Assembly (NCBI RefSeq): GCF_000315625.1
Contig: NW_005434651.1
Span: forward strand, 634,218 to 698,217
Origin: Guillardia theta CCMP2712
Taxonomy: Eukaryota > Protista > Cryptophyta
DNA: 64,000 nt
Direction: 5' to 3'
Shown here: positions 13,071 to 25,649 of the stretch, in pieces
Position numbering within the stretch: the stretch's first letter is position 1
Layout of the letters: each line of letters starts with the position of its first letter
Notes under the pieces: generated by a model
The model's database searches: none
What the model saw: only the letters and a program-made list of their open reading frames with translations
What the model was told of the DNA's origin: nothing
Program-made: the position numbers and the translations under genes

Positions 13071-13877
13071 TCAAACCACAGACTCGACATGGTTGTGCGG
13101 CCTCCCGAAGTTGTGGGTCTGACGATCCCTAGCAGAGAGCGAGTCAAACGTGTTGGCCAGCAGGCCCTCGGCGTAGTCGTTGATCGTGATGCGGAGGTTG
13201 GCGTTGTCGTGGAGCAGGTCCAGCACAAGAGCATGCAAGTCTCGCTCTACCGCCACTGCGTTGATCCGATCCGCCACCACCTTGAGCCTCGCGTTGCTGT
13301 CCCTGAAGAAGTTCCTCACCTTGGCCGTCGTGCGCTCAACGGGGGAGGCGAACTCGATGCTGGTCTCAGCTAGCCTGCTCTTCAGGTCAGCCACCTTCCT
13401 GATGAACCTCGAGTCGCCGCTCCGCATCTCTCTGAGCCAGCGCTCCGAGATGTACAGGTCCTGTTCTGAGGCCATCTGCCGCAGGCTGGCAGGCTGGTGG
13501 CTGGAGGAGGTCGGTTTCCAACCTTGCACTCTCGTCCTCGCCTCCTCCTCTCGCTCATGGAACGACAGGAGCACGTCCCGCGTCTCGGCGATTTCCTGCG
13601 CAAGCATCGAGATCTCCTCCATAGCCCTATCCTCCTCAGCGTCGATCTCATGCTTGAGCTGTTTGATGCGCTGCTGCAGCAAGTCTGAATGATCCCCTCC
13701 TTCAAGAGTCAGATCATCTCTAAGCTGCTTCAGCCTCAAAACCTCCTTGGCCAAAACGCTCTTGCTCAATGACGCTGCCAACAGTTCCGCACTGACGCGC
13801 TCTGCCTGGCTCCCCTCCTCTGGAATCAATGAGATAGGACGATGTTGCTCATCATATCCATTCATCTTGTTCTCCAT
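13071..13877 (-). CDS. Coiled-coil hypothetical protein
   Basis: 268-aa open frame with heptad-like, charged composition and GC3-rich codons. Confidence 0.65.
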   Translation of the reverse strand: MENKMNGYDEQHRPISLIPEEGSQAERVSAELLAASLSKSVLAKEVLRLKQLRDDLTLEGGDHSDLLQQRIKQLKHEIDAEEDRAMEEISMLAQEIAETRDVLLSFHEREEEARTRVQGWKPTSSSHQPASLRQMASEQDLYISERWLREMRSGDSRFIRKVADLKSRLAETSIEFASPVERTTAKVRNFFRDSNARLKVVADRINAVAVERDLHALVLDLLHDNANLRITINDYAEGLLANTFDSLSARDRQTHNFGRPHNHVESVV

Positions 13878-15334
13878 GTCGAGCAGTAGAACCGTGGGAA
13901 ACCTTGGCGACTTGCTCGTCTCTCCAATCTACCGCTGTTGCTGTATACACGCTTTGTGCTTCTTTACTTTTGCAATAGTATGCCCCCTCTTTCAGCACTA
14001 ACACTAATCCGCTCGTTCTCTTCTGCTCCTTCTCTTGCGTCCCTCTCCCTCTTGTCTCCCGCACTACACCACCATTCCTGCCATCCTCTCCCCGCTTCTA
14101 TTTCTGTCGGGGTAGTAGCGGGGATGAGGCCCCATCTGATCGCCCGCCTCCATGCCCGCCTCAGGTTGCCTTGCATTCTTGACAGGATGCTGGGGGATGC
14201 GGGCAGAGAAACGGTGGCATTGTAACCGTAATGCAGTGTAAAGCTCGAAAAGATAGCTTTTCGATTTTACAGCATTGCATCAGCACGGGTTGTTTGCCTG
14301 GTCTTTGATGGACATCTGAGGGGTACTTTTTGTCAGTGGGTGGGTGAAAAGTGGTAGAAGGCTAGGGTAGGTGGTTCCGTTACAACCTCTACAAATTTTT
14401 AACACCCACCCCACCCCCAAATGGTGATTCTACCGATGTCCCCTTATTTTTCACCCACCCTACATGAATCGGAATATTTCTCTGTAGTGGAAAGTACCCC
14501 ATGACCCCCCCATGAACAGACCCCCACCCATGTAAAGTTTTCGTGCGATTGTAAACGCAGTGGGCTTTATAACCCAAGTTCAATAATTATATATTTAAGC
14601 AGTGCGGTCAAATACTAGTACAAATTCCAGGTTTGGGTAGACTTTTTTGTATAGTTCGAGATTCTGATCAGTATCAGTTTTGAAAATATTAACAGAAATT
14701 TAAAGTTATAAAATATTATATATATTTAAAACCTTGTACGAGCTGCACATGAAGAACACCCTGGGACGTGCAACCTGGGGTGCGATGATGAATATGTGGG
14801 GTGGGGGTGAAAAGAAGGGGGTAGGGGTAGATACAGACTTGGCGGGTATGGGGTGATTTCCCTTCATTTCATTGGAAAAGCAGGGGTGATGGTTTCAAGA
14901 AGGGGCTATTACGGAATGAATCAATCAAAAGTAGGGTCCTCCGAGAGCAAATGGGGGTGGGGGGTCTGAAGAAGGGGGAATCCTAGAATGGCAGAACGAA
15001 ATGTTGCAACGAGAGAAGATTGTGATGTTTCATGACATCAAACTCGTACATACATGCATTCTAGTGACGTGATGATGTGATTGAACATGTCAGCTTTCAT
15101 ACACACATGAATTTTCAGTTAGTAGACGGGGAGAACGAGATGTGCTAGCCCGATCTGCTTTACTTCACTTGCGACTGCAACGACTTGTGAATTGGGGTTG
15201 CTTCATTGCCGATGAACTTTTCGAACATTTTTTTTCATTGTCATGACTCATCTGGTTGAACTTCTCCCTGACCCGGGCGCAGGTGAAGGCCTTTGATCCA
15301 CCCGCATGCGCGTTGCCTTCTAAAGATCCCAACC

Positions 15335-17731
15335 ATGTCAACGCGATCGGAAGCTAATCAGCATCTCCCATGCCTGCCATGCTTGATCGTGGACAACTAT
15401 GACAGCTACACCCATAATCTCTTTCAGCTGTGCTGGACAGTCTCGGGGGTTCAGCCGATCGTCATCAAGAATGACGACTACGAGGCGTTTCAGACGCTGT
15501 CAGCGAGCAAGTCCTTCTCCTCCATCATCCTCTCTCCTGGTCCTGGTCGGCCAGACAAGCAGGAGGACTTCGGTCTTTGCATGAACGTGCTCAAGGATCC
15601 CCCAGTCCCGGTCCTTGGCGTCTGCCTTGGGTTCCAGGGGCTCGGGCATGCGTACGGGATGCAGGTCAACCGAGCTCCGGGAGGAGCGGTGCATGGGCGG
15701 ACGAGCAAGATATTCCACAACAACTCTCTCCTCTTCCGCGACATCCCGCAGGGCAGCTCGGTGGTGCGGTACCACTCCCTTGCGCTGTGCAGGGCAGACG
15801 GGAGCAAAGAACCATTCCCGGTCGACCTCGAGGAGGTGGCATGGACGGCAGACGGGATTATCATGGGTATTCGGCACAGGAAGCTTCCGCTGTGGGGAGT
15901 GCAGTTCCACCCGGAGTCCATCTGCTCGGAGTGTGGGGAGAAACTACTGAAGAACTTCCTGGAGATCGTAGAGGAGGAGACTGGTCGGGGTGCCATTGCT
16001 AGCGCTCGCTCCCCCTCCAACAACCCTGAGACCTTGGCAGGATTCGGTGAGATGCAGGGGAGCTTGCGGCACCCTGAGGATGCTGGAAGTCTGAGCACGG
16101 TGTTCGAAGTCCTGCCGTTCTCGCGGGACGCGGAGGTTGTCTTCGGCTCCTTCTTCGCAGAGGAGGAACACTCGTTCTGGCTGGACAGCAACCGGACAGA
16201 CGCTGATTCACGATTCTCGTTCATGGGAGGGTCTTCGGGGCCGCTGGCGTTCTACTTGGAGTACTTTGTGAGTGAGAGGAGGGTGGTTGTGGTGAGAAGG
16301 GATCGTAGCAGCACGAGGCAGGAGGGCGTCGATCTGTTCTCGTTCATGCAGGAGCACGTGCGGAATCATCGGGTGGAGGGAGGAGACTTTCCCTTCGATT
16401 TCTGTGGAGGTTTCGTTGGGTACATCGGGTATGAGCTGAAGGAGATCTGTGAGGATGGGGAGAGGACGAGGAACAGGCATGTATCGGAGGACCCGGACGC
16501 GGCGCTGGTGTTTGCTGATCGGTTCCTTGCCTTCGATCACCACGAGGGGAAGTGCTACGTTGTTGCGGTCTCGGAGAGGAACGGGTTCGCCGAGGAGGAG
16601 GCAAGGCGGTGGGTCCGGCAGATGCGAGCTGCCGTCCAGGCTCTCGATGCCAGGAGCGAGCACGAGGCCACGGCTCCCGCGATCCCAGTCGTGGACATGG
16701 TCGTCGAGTCGTCTGCTGGTGACCTTGGAGCTGCTGGCGATGATGGGGAGGACACGCCGTCTGGCCCGGGAGCGATCTCGATGCCTCCCCTGACGCCCTC
16801 TGCCCCTGCGCCCTCCCATGGGCCAGGCTCGGTTCCCAAGGGAGCGTTTCCCCTCATGGACTGTGTGGAGCGGAAGGGAGGGGAGGGCGCGCCGGAGTTC
16901 GTGCCGGATGACTCGCAGGTGGAGTACATGAAGAAGATTGACGCCTGCCATGAGTACATCCGGGCCGGGGAGTCCTACGAGCTCTGCCTGACCACGAGGC
17001 TACGGAGCCGGTCGAAGATCAACCCTTACAAGTTCTACGGCAGGCAGAGGAGGCTGAACCCTGCTCCTTACTCCGCCTTTCTTCGGCTCTCAGAGCACCT
17101 GAGCGTGTGCTCGTCCTCGCCGGAGCGATTCTTGAGGATATCCCGGGACGGGTGGGTCGAGTCGAAGCCCATCAAGGGGACGAGACGTCGGGGCCTGTGC
17201 CCGGAGGAGGACGTGGAGATCGCCAGGGAGCTGCAGCTTTGTGAGAAGGACAGGGCGGAGAACCTGATGATCGTCGACCTGGTCAGGAACGACCTCGGGC
17301 GCATCTGCCAGACCGGCTCGGTGCACTGCCCGAAGCTCATGAGCATCGAGAGCTTCACCACGGTCCACCAGCTAGTCTCCACCATCCGCGGCCAGCTCCT
17401 CCCCCAGCTGGACGCGTTCGACTGTGTCCGTGCGACGTTCCCCATGGGTTCCATGACAGGGGCACCCAAGAGACGATCCCTTGTCCTACTGGACGAGCTG
17501 GAAAGCAGCGCAAGGGGTATCTACTCCGGCAGCATCGGGTACTTCTCCCTCAACGGCGCGGCGGATCTTTCCGTGTGCATTCGCACGGGAGTGTTCAACA
17601 AGGAGGGGATGAAGCTTGGGGCAGGGGGGGCGATCACCATCCTGTCCAAGGCGGAGGAGGAGTGGGAGGAGATGCTGCTGAAGACCAAGGCGTTGGTGCA
17701 GTGTGCTCGGACGTTTTGTGCTGCAAAATGA
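15335..17731 (+). CDS. Aminodeoxychorismate synthase (fused PabA-PabB), intronless body
   Basis: GATase motifs DNYDSYT, SPGPGRP, LGVCLG, VVRYHSL, GVQFHPES; synthase motifs GESYE, SSSPERF, KPIKGT, KDRAENLMIVDLVRNDLG, FPMGSMTGAPK, RGIYSG. First ATG at 15335. Confidence 0.95.
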   Translation: MSTRSEANQHLPCLPCLIVDNYDSYTHNLFQLCWTVSGVQPIVIKNDDYEAFQTLSASKSFSSIILSPGPGRPDKQEDFGLCMNVLKDPPVPVLGVCLGFQGLGHAYGMQVNRAPGGAVHGRTSKIFHNNSLLFRDIPQGSSVVRYHSLALCRADGSKEPFPVDLEEVAWTADGIIMGIRHRKLPLWGVQFHPESICSECGEKLLKNFLEIVEEETGRGAIASARSPSNNPETLAGFGEMQGSLRHPEDAGSLSTVFEVLPFSRDAEVVFGSFFAEEEHSFWLDSNRTDADSRFSFMGGSSGPLAFYLEYFVSERRVVVVRRDRSSTRQEGVDLFSFMQEHVRNHRVEGGDFPFDFCGGFVGYIGYELKEICEDGERTRNRHVSEDPDAALVFADRFLAFDHHEGKCYVVAVSERNGFAEEEARRWVRQMRAAVQALDARSEHEATAPAIPVVDMVVESSAGDLGAAGDDGEDTPSGPGAISMPPLTPSAPAPSHGPGSVPKGAFPLMDCVERKGGEGAPEFVPDDSQVEYMKKIDACHEYIRAGESYELCLTTRLRSRSKINPYKFYGRQRRLNPAPYSAFLRLSEHLSVCSSSPERFLRISRDGWVESKPIKGTRRRGLCPEEDVEIARELQLCEKDRAENLMIVDLVRNDLGRICQTGSVHCPKLMSIESFTTVHQLVSTIRGQLLPQLDAFDCVRATFPMGSMTGAPKRRSLVLLDELESSARGIYSGSIGYFSLNGAADLSVCIRTGVFNKEGMKLGAGGAITILSKAEEEWEEMLLKTKALVQCARTFCAAK

Positions 17732-17949
17732 AATTTTTCCTGATGTTGTACGGTTGCATATCTTGCTGGGTCAGCCCGGGTCCCAGGTATCCAGTCTGTC
17801 TTCCTCCTCCTTGGGTGGTTCTTGAGAGATAGTGAGAGACCAAGAGGACTTGGAGGAGGAGAAGAGAGAGGGAGAGGCCGCAGGGAGGAAGAGGGTAGCA
17901 GAGGAGTCGTCTGGGGGGGGAAAGGGGGAAGGATGGGATCGTACCTTGC

Positions 17950-20312
17950 TCTTTGCTGGTTTCGGAAGTTTGAAAGGAGAATTCATGCTCGCTACTGAGA
18001 GAGTCAGCAATGTCTGCTCGCACCAGTCCTCGCGCTCCCTCCAACCCTCGTTTGCAGTGACACTCGTCCTCCTTGTCTGCTATCACCTATACCATATCCC
18101 ACTACAGCTGCTTCCTCCTGCACCTCCGATGCCACTTCAACCCCTCAGGAAATCTCCCCCATTCACTCTCTCCCAACAACCCTCCTACATCTTCCTCACC
18201 TCGATCCTTTCTCCTCGCTGGACGTGAGCGCTGCAATGCTGTCTCTCTCGGGCTCGAACATCGCAACATGGGGGTGGGCGACGATGTTGGAGGAGCTCGA
18301 CTCCTCCTGCGAAGCAGATCCTGCTGCCTTTCGCTTCTCCTGCATGCGCCTCTGCCTCTCCCTCAGGAGGCTCCAATGGGATGGAACTCCCAGCCCCTGC
18401 GCCAGGGCCTCCTGCTCCTCCTGCTCCTCCTTGCTCAAGGGTGCCTGCACAACGGTGCAGCTCTCGTCCCGGAACTCGTAAGGGCGGAAGTTTGATAGCC
18501 AGAGCTTGCCTNNNNNNNNNNNNNNNNNNNNNNNNNNNNNNNNNNNNNNNNNNNNNNNNNNNNNNNNNNNNNNNNNNNNNNNNNNNNNNNNNNNNNNNNN
18601 NNNNNNNNNNNAGAGGGAGAGGGAGAGGGAGAGGGAGAGGGAGAGGGAGAGGGAGAGGGAGAGGGAGAGGGAGAGGGAGAGGGAGAGGGAGAGGGAGAGG
18701 GAGAGATATGGATGGAAGGGCGGGAGGGAGGGAGGGAGGGAGGGAGAGGCAGGGAAGCACCTGAAGGAGAGCGCACAAGGAGCAGAGGATGAAGGAGGAG
18801 GAGATGACTTCCACTTTGCATCGCTCCCTCATGCTGATGCCGCAGGAAGTGAACTTGAAGTCCGTGCAACGGACTACGACCTGGGGCCCCACGGAATCAG
18901 GAGGAGAACAGCGGCAGTGTAGAGCAAAGTGCCTCTGCAGAGGAGGAGCAGACGAGCGCTCCTCCGAAGCTCATGTTCTGCAGAGTGCAGCCGTCTAGCA
19001 GGAGCTTGCAAGAGTCCCGAGCCAGGATGCCGACGGGGCTGCGGGAAGTGACTCGTCAAGCGCAAGCTCACAGTTTCTTCCTTCTTCACCTCTTGGTAAT
19101 CTCGCAGTTCGCCATGTGCAGACCGCTGAAGTCCTCCAGCCTGACAGCGAACCCCTCCATCCCCCGTATCCTGCTTCTCTGCATCACGCACTCGCTGTCG
19201 TCCTGCCAGTCTTCCATCAGCCACCCTCTAAGTGCCTCCTCCTGCCCCCCTACCCTCAGGTTGATCCCGGAGTAGGCGAACGCGTGCAGTGTGTTCTTCT
19301 CCTTGACGTTCATGTTGTCGTCGTCGAGCCCTCCGATCTCGCAGTCTACGAGGGACACCACCGATGGCTTGTGAGACAGCATGGTCTTGATGCTGTCCAG
19401 CACGACACAGTCAGGAACGGGGTTCGAACTGGCAAGCTCGCCGTTCTCAACTCTGAGCGCGCAATCCCCCCCGCAGAAGAGCCTGCATCCCTCGAACTGC
19501 CAGCTGGACCCTCTCATCAGGACCGTCTGCACTTCGTCCAGGTCGTTGCTAGCCGTCCACACCAGGCTGCAGCCCTGCAGCTTGCCTGCGCTGCCCTCCG
19601 TCAGAGTCCAGGTGGTGTACACCTTGGAGGAGGAGTTTTGTCCCCTGATGTTGATCTTCCCGTCTATGACGATGCTCTGCAGGAAGGAAAAGAACGTCCC
19701 TCCCTCCAACGTCACGTCCAGGTTCTTGTCCATGGCCTCCAACAGCCCGGGAGCGAGCGAAGACAGGGCGCTGATGAACGCCCTCGGAGATTCTTTGTGA
19801 TTCGCCACAGATCGCAAGACGATCTGCTCTGCTCTGTGTGACAGAAACTTGCTCTTCACCCTTGACCTGTCTCCATCCCCCTGCTGCGCCTCGACAGCAG
19901 CAAGCTCCGAAGCCTCTTCATCCTCCGTCTCGTTGCCTTGCTGTAGACCTGCCTGCATCTCTATGAAGGAGGAGCTCAGGAGTTGTGCACGTCTCGAGTC
20001 CTTGAGCAATTGACTCCAAGGAACATCCTCCTCCTCCTCCTCCTCCTCCTCCTCCTCTTTCTCCTTGTCTCCGCGTTTGGAGCCCAACCTGATCTCGTCT
20101 GGGATGTGCCTTGGTCGTCTGCTCCTCGTCTGCTCCTCCTCTTCACAAGGCATCAGCTCAGGATAAGTTCTTAACTCGGGGATCAGATCGGACAGCTGAA
20201 ATTCTTTCTGCCTCCTCGATTCGGGCCTGTGCGATGGCGACCCGCAGATCTCCAGACAGGCCAGGAGGAGGGAGAGTACGAGCAAGAGGCTGCTGCTCTC
20301 GCAGTGATACAT
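17950..20312 (-). CDS. Signal-peptide protein with right-handed beta-helix (pectin-lyase-like) repeats; multi-exon, spans a gap, 3' end approximate
   Basis: Hydrophobic N-terminus; repeats such as IVIDGKINIRG, WQFEGCRLFCGG, VSLVDCEIGG, LHMANCEI, LLLDGCTL. Confidence 0.6.
18512..18611. other. Assembly gap next to a (GAGAGG)n tract
   Basis: Run of N. Confidence 1.
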
Positions 20313-20760
20313 CGTTACGGCGTTAGAGTCGCTGCTCTCCTGTCAAGTTATGGACGGAGCATGGAGGAGGATCAGTGACGCGATCATCTCCCAGCAGCAT
20401 CCCTTGCTCTCTTGACCCATCTCGAGTTCGACTGGTCAACTCTTCACAGTTACATCTGCTCCTCCCACCCCCCTCTCATTTCACCGATGAAGCCTTCTCC
20501 TTCCCTTTCAACTCTCATCTTCTCTATCTTCCTCCTCTCCTCCTCCTCTCCTCTCCTCCTCTCCTCTCCTCCTCTCCTCTCCTCCTCTCCTCCTCCTCCT
20601 CTCCTCCTCTCCTCTCCTCCTCTCCTCTCAATTCCAGGGTACTGATCGTCTCAGCGGTCTCATCCCATTTTTTTAATCTTTTACAAGACTTTCCGATGGG
20701 AATTCCACGGGCGATTCAGCTGGATCCGGGTGGGGTAGGGTACTGTCAGGGGTGCGAAGA

Positions 20761-21998
20761 ATGGAGGAGGAAGGGTTCGAGTGGATCCTAGAGGCGGAGG
20801 ATGCGGTGAGGGCGATGCAGGAGTCTGGGCTCCTTGAAAACGAGGAGGGAGGAGGAGGAGGAGGAGGAGGAGGAGGAGGAGGAGGAGGAGGAGGAGGAGG
20901 AGGAGGAGGAGATAATCTAGATCGAGCTCGCAAGAGTATCATGATTGTTGGTTGTGGTTCCAGCAAACTGAGCAAGATTCTCTACGACCTCGGCCACCGG
21001 AGGATCACGAATGTCGACATAGACGAGGGGATCATCGAGGACATGAAGAGAAAGTACGAGGAGGAAGCGCCGGAGATGAGCTGGGTTACCTGCGATATCA
21101 CCAAGGCGAAAGAGTCCCTGGAAGAGGATGAATCCTTCGACCTTATCCTCGATAAGGGGACTCTAGATGCTCTCCTCTGCGCGGACGGCGTGACCGATGT
21201 ATGCTCACAGCTGTCTGCTGCCTCCTCTTCCTCTCGAGAGGAGCATGGAGAGAGGGACTGACGTTCATCGGGCAGGGGTATATGGAGATCCTGCGGCTGC
21301 TCAGGGTTGGCGGAGTATTTTCGGTGATCTCTTTCAGACCTGCAGAGCTCATCGCCCAGTTCCTTCGTGTACCTGAGCTGCCGGTGGAGGTTGAGATCAA
21401 GACGCTGGAGACAGGCTCGTCGACGAGGAAGGCCAGCATGTTCCTGCTGCGCAAGATCAGCGCACTGCCCTGGGTAGACCGTGATGAAGTCAGGAGCTAC
21501 CAGAACGACGTCATCAAGGTCAGCTAGACCCACGTCCTCCATCTTCGATCTTGAAGTTCTTGTCCTAGCGATGGTACCAGGAAGAGACTCCCCTGCTGAC
21601 CGCAGAGCGCGTGATGATGATAAAAGAAGGGTTCTCCAGTACAGGCAAGTACATCCTCTTTTTCCTCATCCTCCTTGAGCCCATGAGTGAGTTTTTTCCT
21701 GCTGTTGTTGGCTGATGATAATACAGGAAAGGAGAAGCTTGACCTAGAGGCTTGCTACCAAGTATCCTCCTCCTCATTACCCTCGCACGCTAGTGATCTT
21801 TCCGACCTGCAGATTTTGTTCTTGCCGGAGGAAAGGAGTAGCTACGGGTACAACTTCGAGCATTTCCTCGAGGATTTGAAGGATTTCCGGGGGGATGAGG
21901 TGAGGGGTAGACAACACGGTCGTCGCTGACTGAACATGCAGTCGAAGGAGGGGATGAATGCGGAGGAAGCGCTCGAGTTCTTGAAGGAGATGCAGTAG
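20761..21998 (+). CDS. Class I SAM-dependent methyltransferase (EEF1AKMT4/METTL13-N-like), multi-exon, with poly-Gly insert
   Basis: FEW, IMIVGCGSSKLS (motif I), ITNVDID, FDLILDKGTLDALLC, EILRLLRVGGVFSVISF; stop TAG 21996-21998. Confidence 0.85.
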
Positions 21999-22141
21999 AG
22001 AGGGAGCAGGAGCAGCTGGTGCAGCAACGGAAGGAGCAGCAGGAGAACGGAGAAAGGGGAGTTCGGTGGGGGGGCGGCAGGGAGGGTGCGGCGAGGAGGA
22101 TATAGCCATTCTCAATATTCCCTTGTCCATGTAAATATTCC

Positions 22142-24694
22142 TTACAGGCTTGACGCCCCTTTTTCTGCCTTCACGGAGTAGAGCCCCTTGACCCCTTCGG
22201 CCTCCTCATCGGCGGGAGGATTCTTGGCGACGAACTGCTTGAGCTTGCCGGGAGTCTTGTTGGTCCCTTGCTCCTCGTCCATGCAGTAGCACTGGAAGAT
22301 GGTGTCTATGCAGATCTCCTGTTGAGCAGGCAAGAGCGTCACTCCGCAAGCGCACACGCAGACGACTACTAACTCACCCACACGTCGAGGAAGATGCTGG
22401 CAATGCCGAAGGCGATGAGGAGGATGATTGTCATGGGAAAGACGGGGGCGTCGGTAACGTTGCCGTAGTCCCCTCCCACCATGATAAGGGCACAGATGAT
22501 GCCGGTGACAAGGGCGATGAAGAGCTTGCCGATGTAGATGTAGATCGTTGCTACGATGTTGAGGGTTCCGATGCGCAGACAATTCCTGACGAGAAGATTG
22601 AAGGCTGCGACTGCTGCTGTCCAGAAACCAGCCCCAGTGATGGCGGTCTGGATGTACGCGTTCTTGTTGATGAAGTTGAGGAAGCGCTCGAGGCAGGCAA
22701 GGCAGCACTCGCCGATAAAGGCGAGCACCTTGACGATCTTGGAGTCAGGGTTCATCTTCTTCAGCTGGTACATGTAGTATCTGAAAATCCACCTGATCAT
22801 CTGGACGACTGCGATGATGAAGCTGCCCAAGGCTGCTGTGCCCGAGTGGTATCTCAGAGTCCGACGGAAGGAGCTCAGGACAGGGAGCACCAGGTTGAGC
22901 TTGTCATCCACCAGGAACCACTGCAGCATCACAGTTGTCACTTCAAGAGAACAGGGAAAGTCTCAATCACCTCAGCGCTGGCTCCGGCCACGACCAAGTT
23001 GCCGATGGCGAGGATGAAGGACCTGCCCCACAGGAGCCCGAAGAAGTGGTAGATCATCACCCGCTGTAAAGCCGTGTCCCAGACGTATTGATGAGCGTTG
23101 GCGTCCCAGCTGCCAGCGGCCACTAGGTAGAGCATGACGAAGATCCACCAGACAAAGAGGGAGATCATCACCAACCACTGGAAGATGCAGAAGACGAACA
23201 CGGAGGGGATCGTCATGATACACTCGGAGGCGAGCTCGATGACCTCGATGGCGATCAAGACGCGCTTGAACAAGAAGATGAACAAGAGCGTGTAGATCAA
23301 GAAAATAACTCCACAGATCACAGCTGCCGCAATGACCAGGTTCTGATTCTGCTGCGCTTGCTGGAAGGTAAAGCCAGCGGGCAAGTAGCTGCTGGAGTAG
23401 GACGACCCGGGCAGCTGAGAGGAGTCGATGAAACCTGCCTTGATTGACAAGATGGCCGTCGCACCTCCAAGAAGGAACCACGTGAAGATGAGGACAGCAA
23501 AGGTGATCGGCTTCGCTGCAAGGCGAAGCATCAGAGCATACAGCAGGGACACGCCAAGAGCGATGCCAGCTGAGGCAACGATGACACCCCACTTCTCCTG
23601 AATCTGGTCGGTCAGGTAGGCGAAGGATTGCTGCGGGCCTTCGAAGGAGCTCATGACGGAGGAAAACGAGCTGCTGTCTGTGGTCGCATTGGCGCCGACC
23701 CCCTGAATCTTGCTGGAGATGAAAGGGAGGCAGCGATTGAAGCCTTTGATGGACGTTGAGGGGTATGGGATGTAGCAGAAGCCGTACTTGTACCCCATCG
23801 TGACCCCTGCCACCGTCCCCTTCTCTGATTCAGGGATTAGCTCTACATTATCCTGCCCCCCTACCTCTCCTTTGGATTTTCCCGTACAGCACAGATAGGA
23901 AGGCGATCCAGAGGAGCATTTGCAGGTCGGCCGGTACCTCAAACAATCCATGGGCGCTTGCAAAAATCCCGGCTGCTCGAGGTTTGTCCTCCCATCTGCC
24001 TCCCCTCCACAGACAATCTTCTGCCGTGAAGATGTCGCCGGCAGCTCATAGCTGTACATACACCTGCACATGATCGAGTCAGTCTGGGGCCTCTGTGAGA
24101 GCGCTTGCTCTACATGATAGAGAGCATGGAGGCGTTGGTGAGCCCGCAGTCCTTGAGACATACCGCCCACGTCAGGTCCGTGGAGCTGCTTGTTGAGTTG
24201 TAAGGGAAGGGATAGTAGCTGCAAAGGACGATCAGCAAAACATCGTAAGGGACAAGGAAGATGATGAGATTACAGGTATTTCAAGCCTTTCACATCTCCG
24301 TACCCACAAGTTCGTCCTAGAAAGTCGTACCCATACCGCAATCTGTTTGGATTTCCTTTGACAAACCCTACGATGCCTACAACCAACATCCCGAACCAGA
24401 AGCAAATGAAGAACAGCAGGCAAAGCACGTTGGTGCACTTCCTGTCTTGCTTGAGTTCGAAGGTTTCCATTGCAGCCTGTGAAAATCGTCATAAATGCAA
24501 CATTCCTACCAGGTCATGGTAGGCTTTGGCCTTTCGTATAATGCACGTCGTGACAGGCAAGGATCAGTGAGCACGAAAGAGGAGGGAAGAGGATGGAGCA
24601 GGAGGTACATCTCTGCTGCATGGCTCCAAGGCTTCACCTGATCTCCACCCTCTCGCTTCGCATCCTCCCTCGCATCTCCCATATCGGCGTCCAT
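22142..24694 (-). CDS. Choline transporter-like protein (CTL/SLC44 family), multi-exon
   Basis: DRKCTNVLCL, RLRYGYDFLGRTCG, RYHSGTAALGSFIIA, CLERFLNFINKNAYIQTAITG, IDTIFQCYCMD; many TM segments. Confidence 0.92.
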
Positions 24695-25649
24695 GGCCGC
24701 TGGGAAGCCTGCCCTGACCAGCAGCAATCACCGCAAAGATTAGGGATTGCTCTTTTCTCTTAGTATTCCATTCGAGAAATGCTCGACCTTGAGGGGGGTA
24801 GCTTGCAACTGCAGGCTAGTCAAACTTCACTACTTTTCGTCCGATGTTACCATGAAAAGCTATAATAATCAGTGGGCCCCAAGGGGGGTGGGGTGGGGGG
24901 TCCCTTTTAACCCCGGTACGGGGTGGGATGCGGCGTAAGAAGGGGGTCCAGCCAAGCGAAGTGACTCGGAGCAGCTACAGCATGAATGGGAGTTTTAAAA
25001 TGTATATGAATGCAGTACTGCAGTTTGAAGCATGGGCGCATTCAGTACAGAGTGTATTTTATTTTGTATCCAGTTTATTCGCAAAGATACGATAATAATT
25101 GTATGGAATGCTGCAGCATGTAATGAAATTTGTACCTGCAGCAATAAGTCTTGGTACGAAAATCTAATACGAAGTTAATCTTGAGAGAGTTGTTTCTAAC
25201 AAAATGAGGCGGGCTGGGACAAATGACGGTTACGTGGGATCCGAGTACCATAACCGTCACAATGCGTCCATGCCGCCTCTATATGGTGGGGGGGTTGTGG
25301 GGGCGGGATCGAGGCATGGAGGATGAGGAGAGTAGAGGAGAGTAGAGGAGACACTATTTCATGAAACAACAGACCCACGACATGGCAGAGAGGGCGGGGA
25401 ATGAGAAGTTCATCGGAAGGAGGGCAGCAACACAGCTTGGCTGTCAGGATCCTAGCAATGATAATATATGTGAGCCGTGAAGTCTGATCGGGAACTTGGA
25501 GAGCATGAGCCTGGGCGTTCGAAAGGAAGTGAAGATTCTGTGGATATACGGGTCGGGAAGTTTTGATAGGAAAGAAACAACCAATGGGTCCTAACAGACG
25601 AAGTTTTGGTTGAAGTACAGCAAGTGGTGAAGGTTGAACGACCATTATC

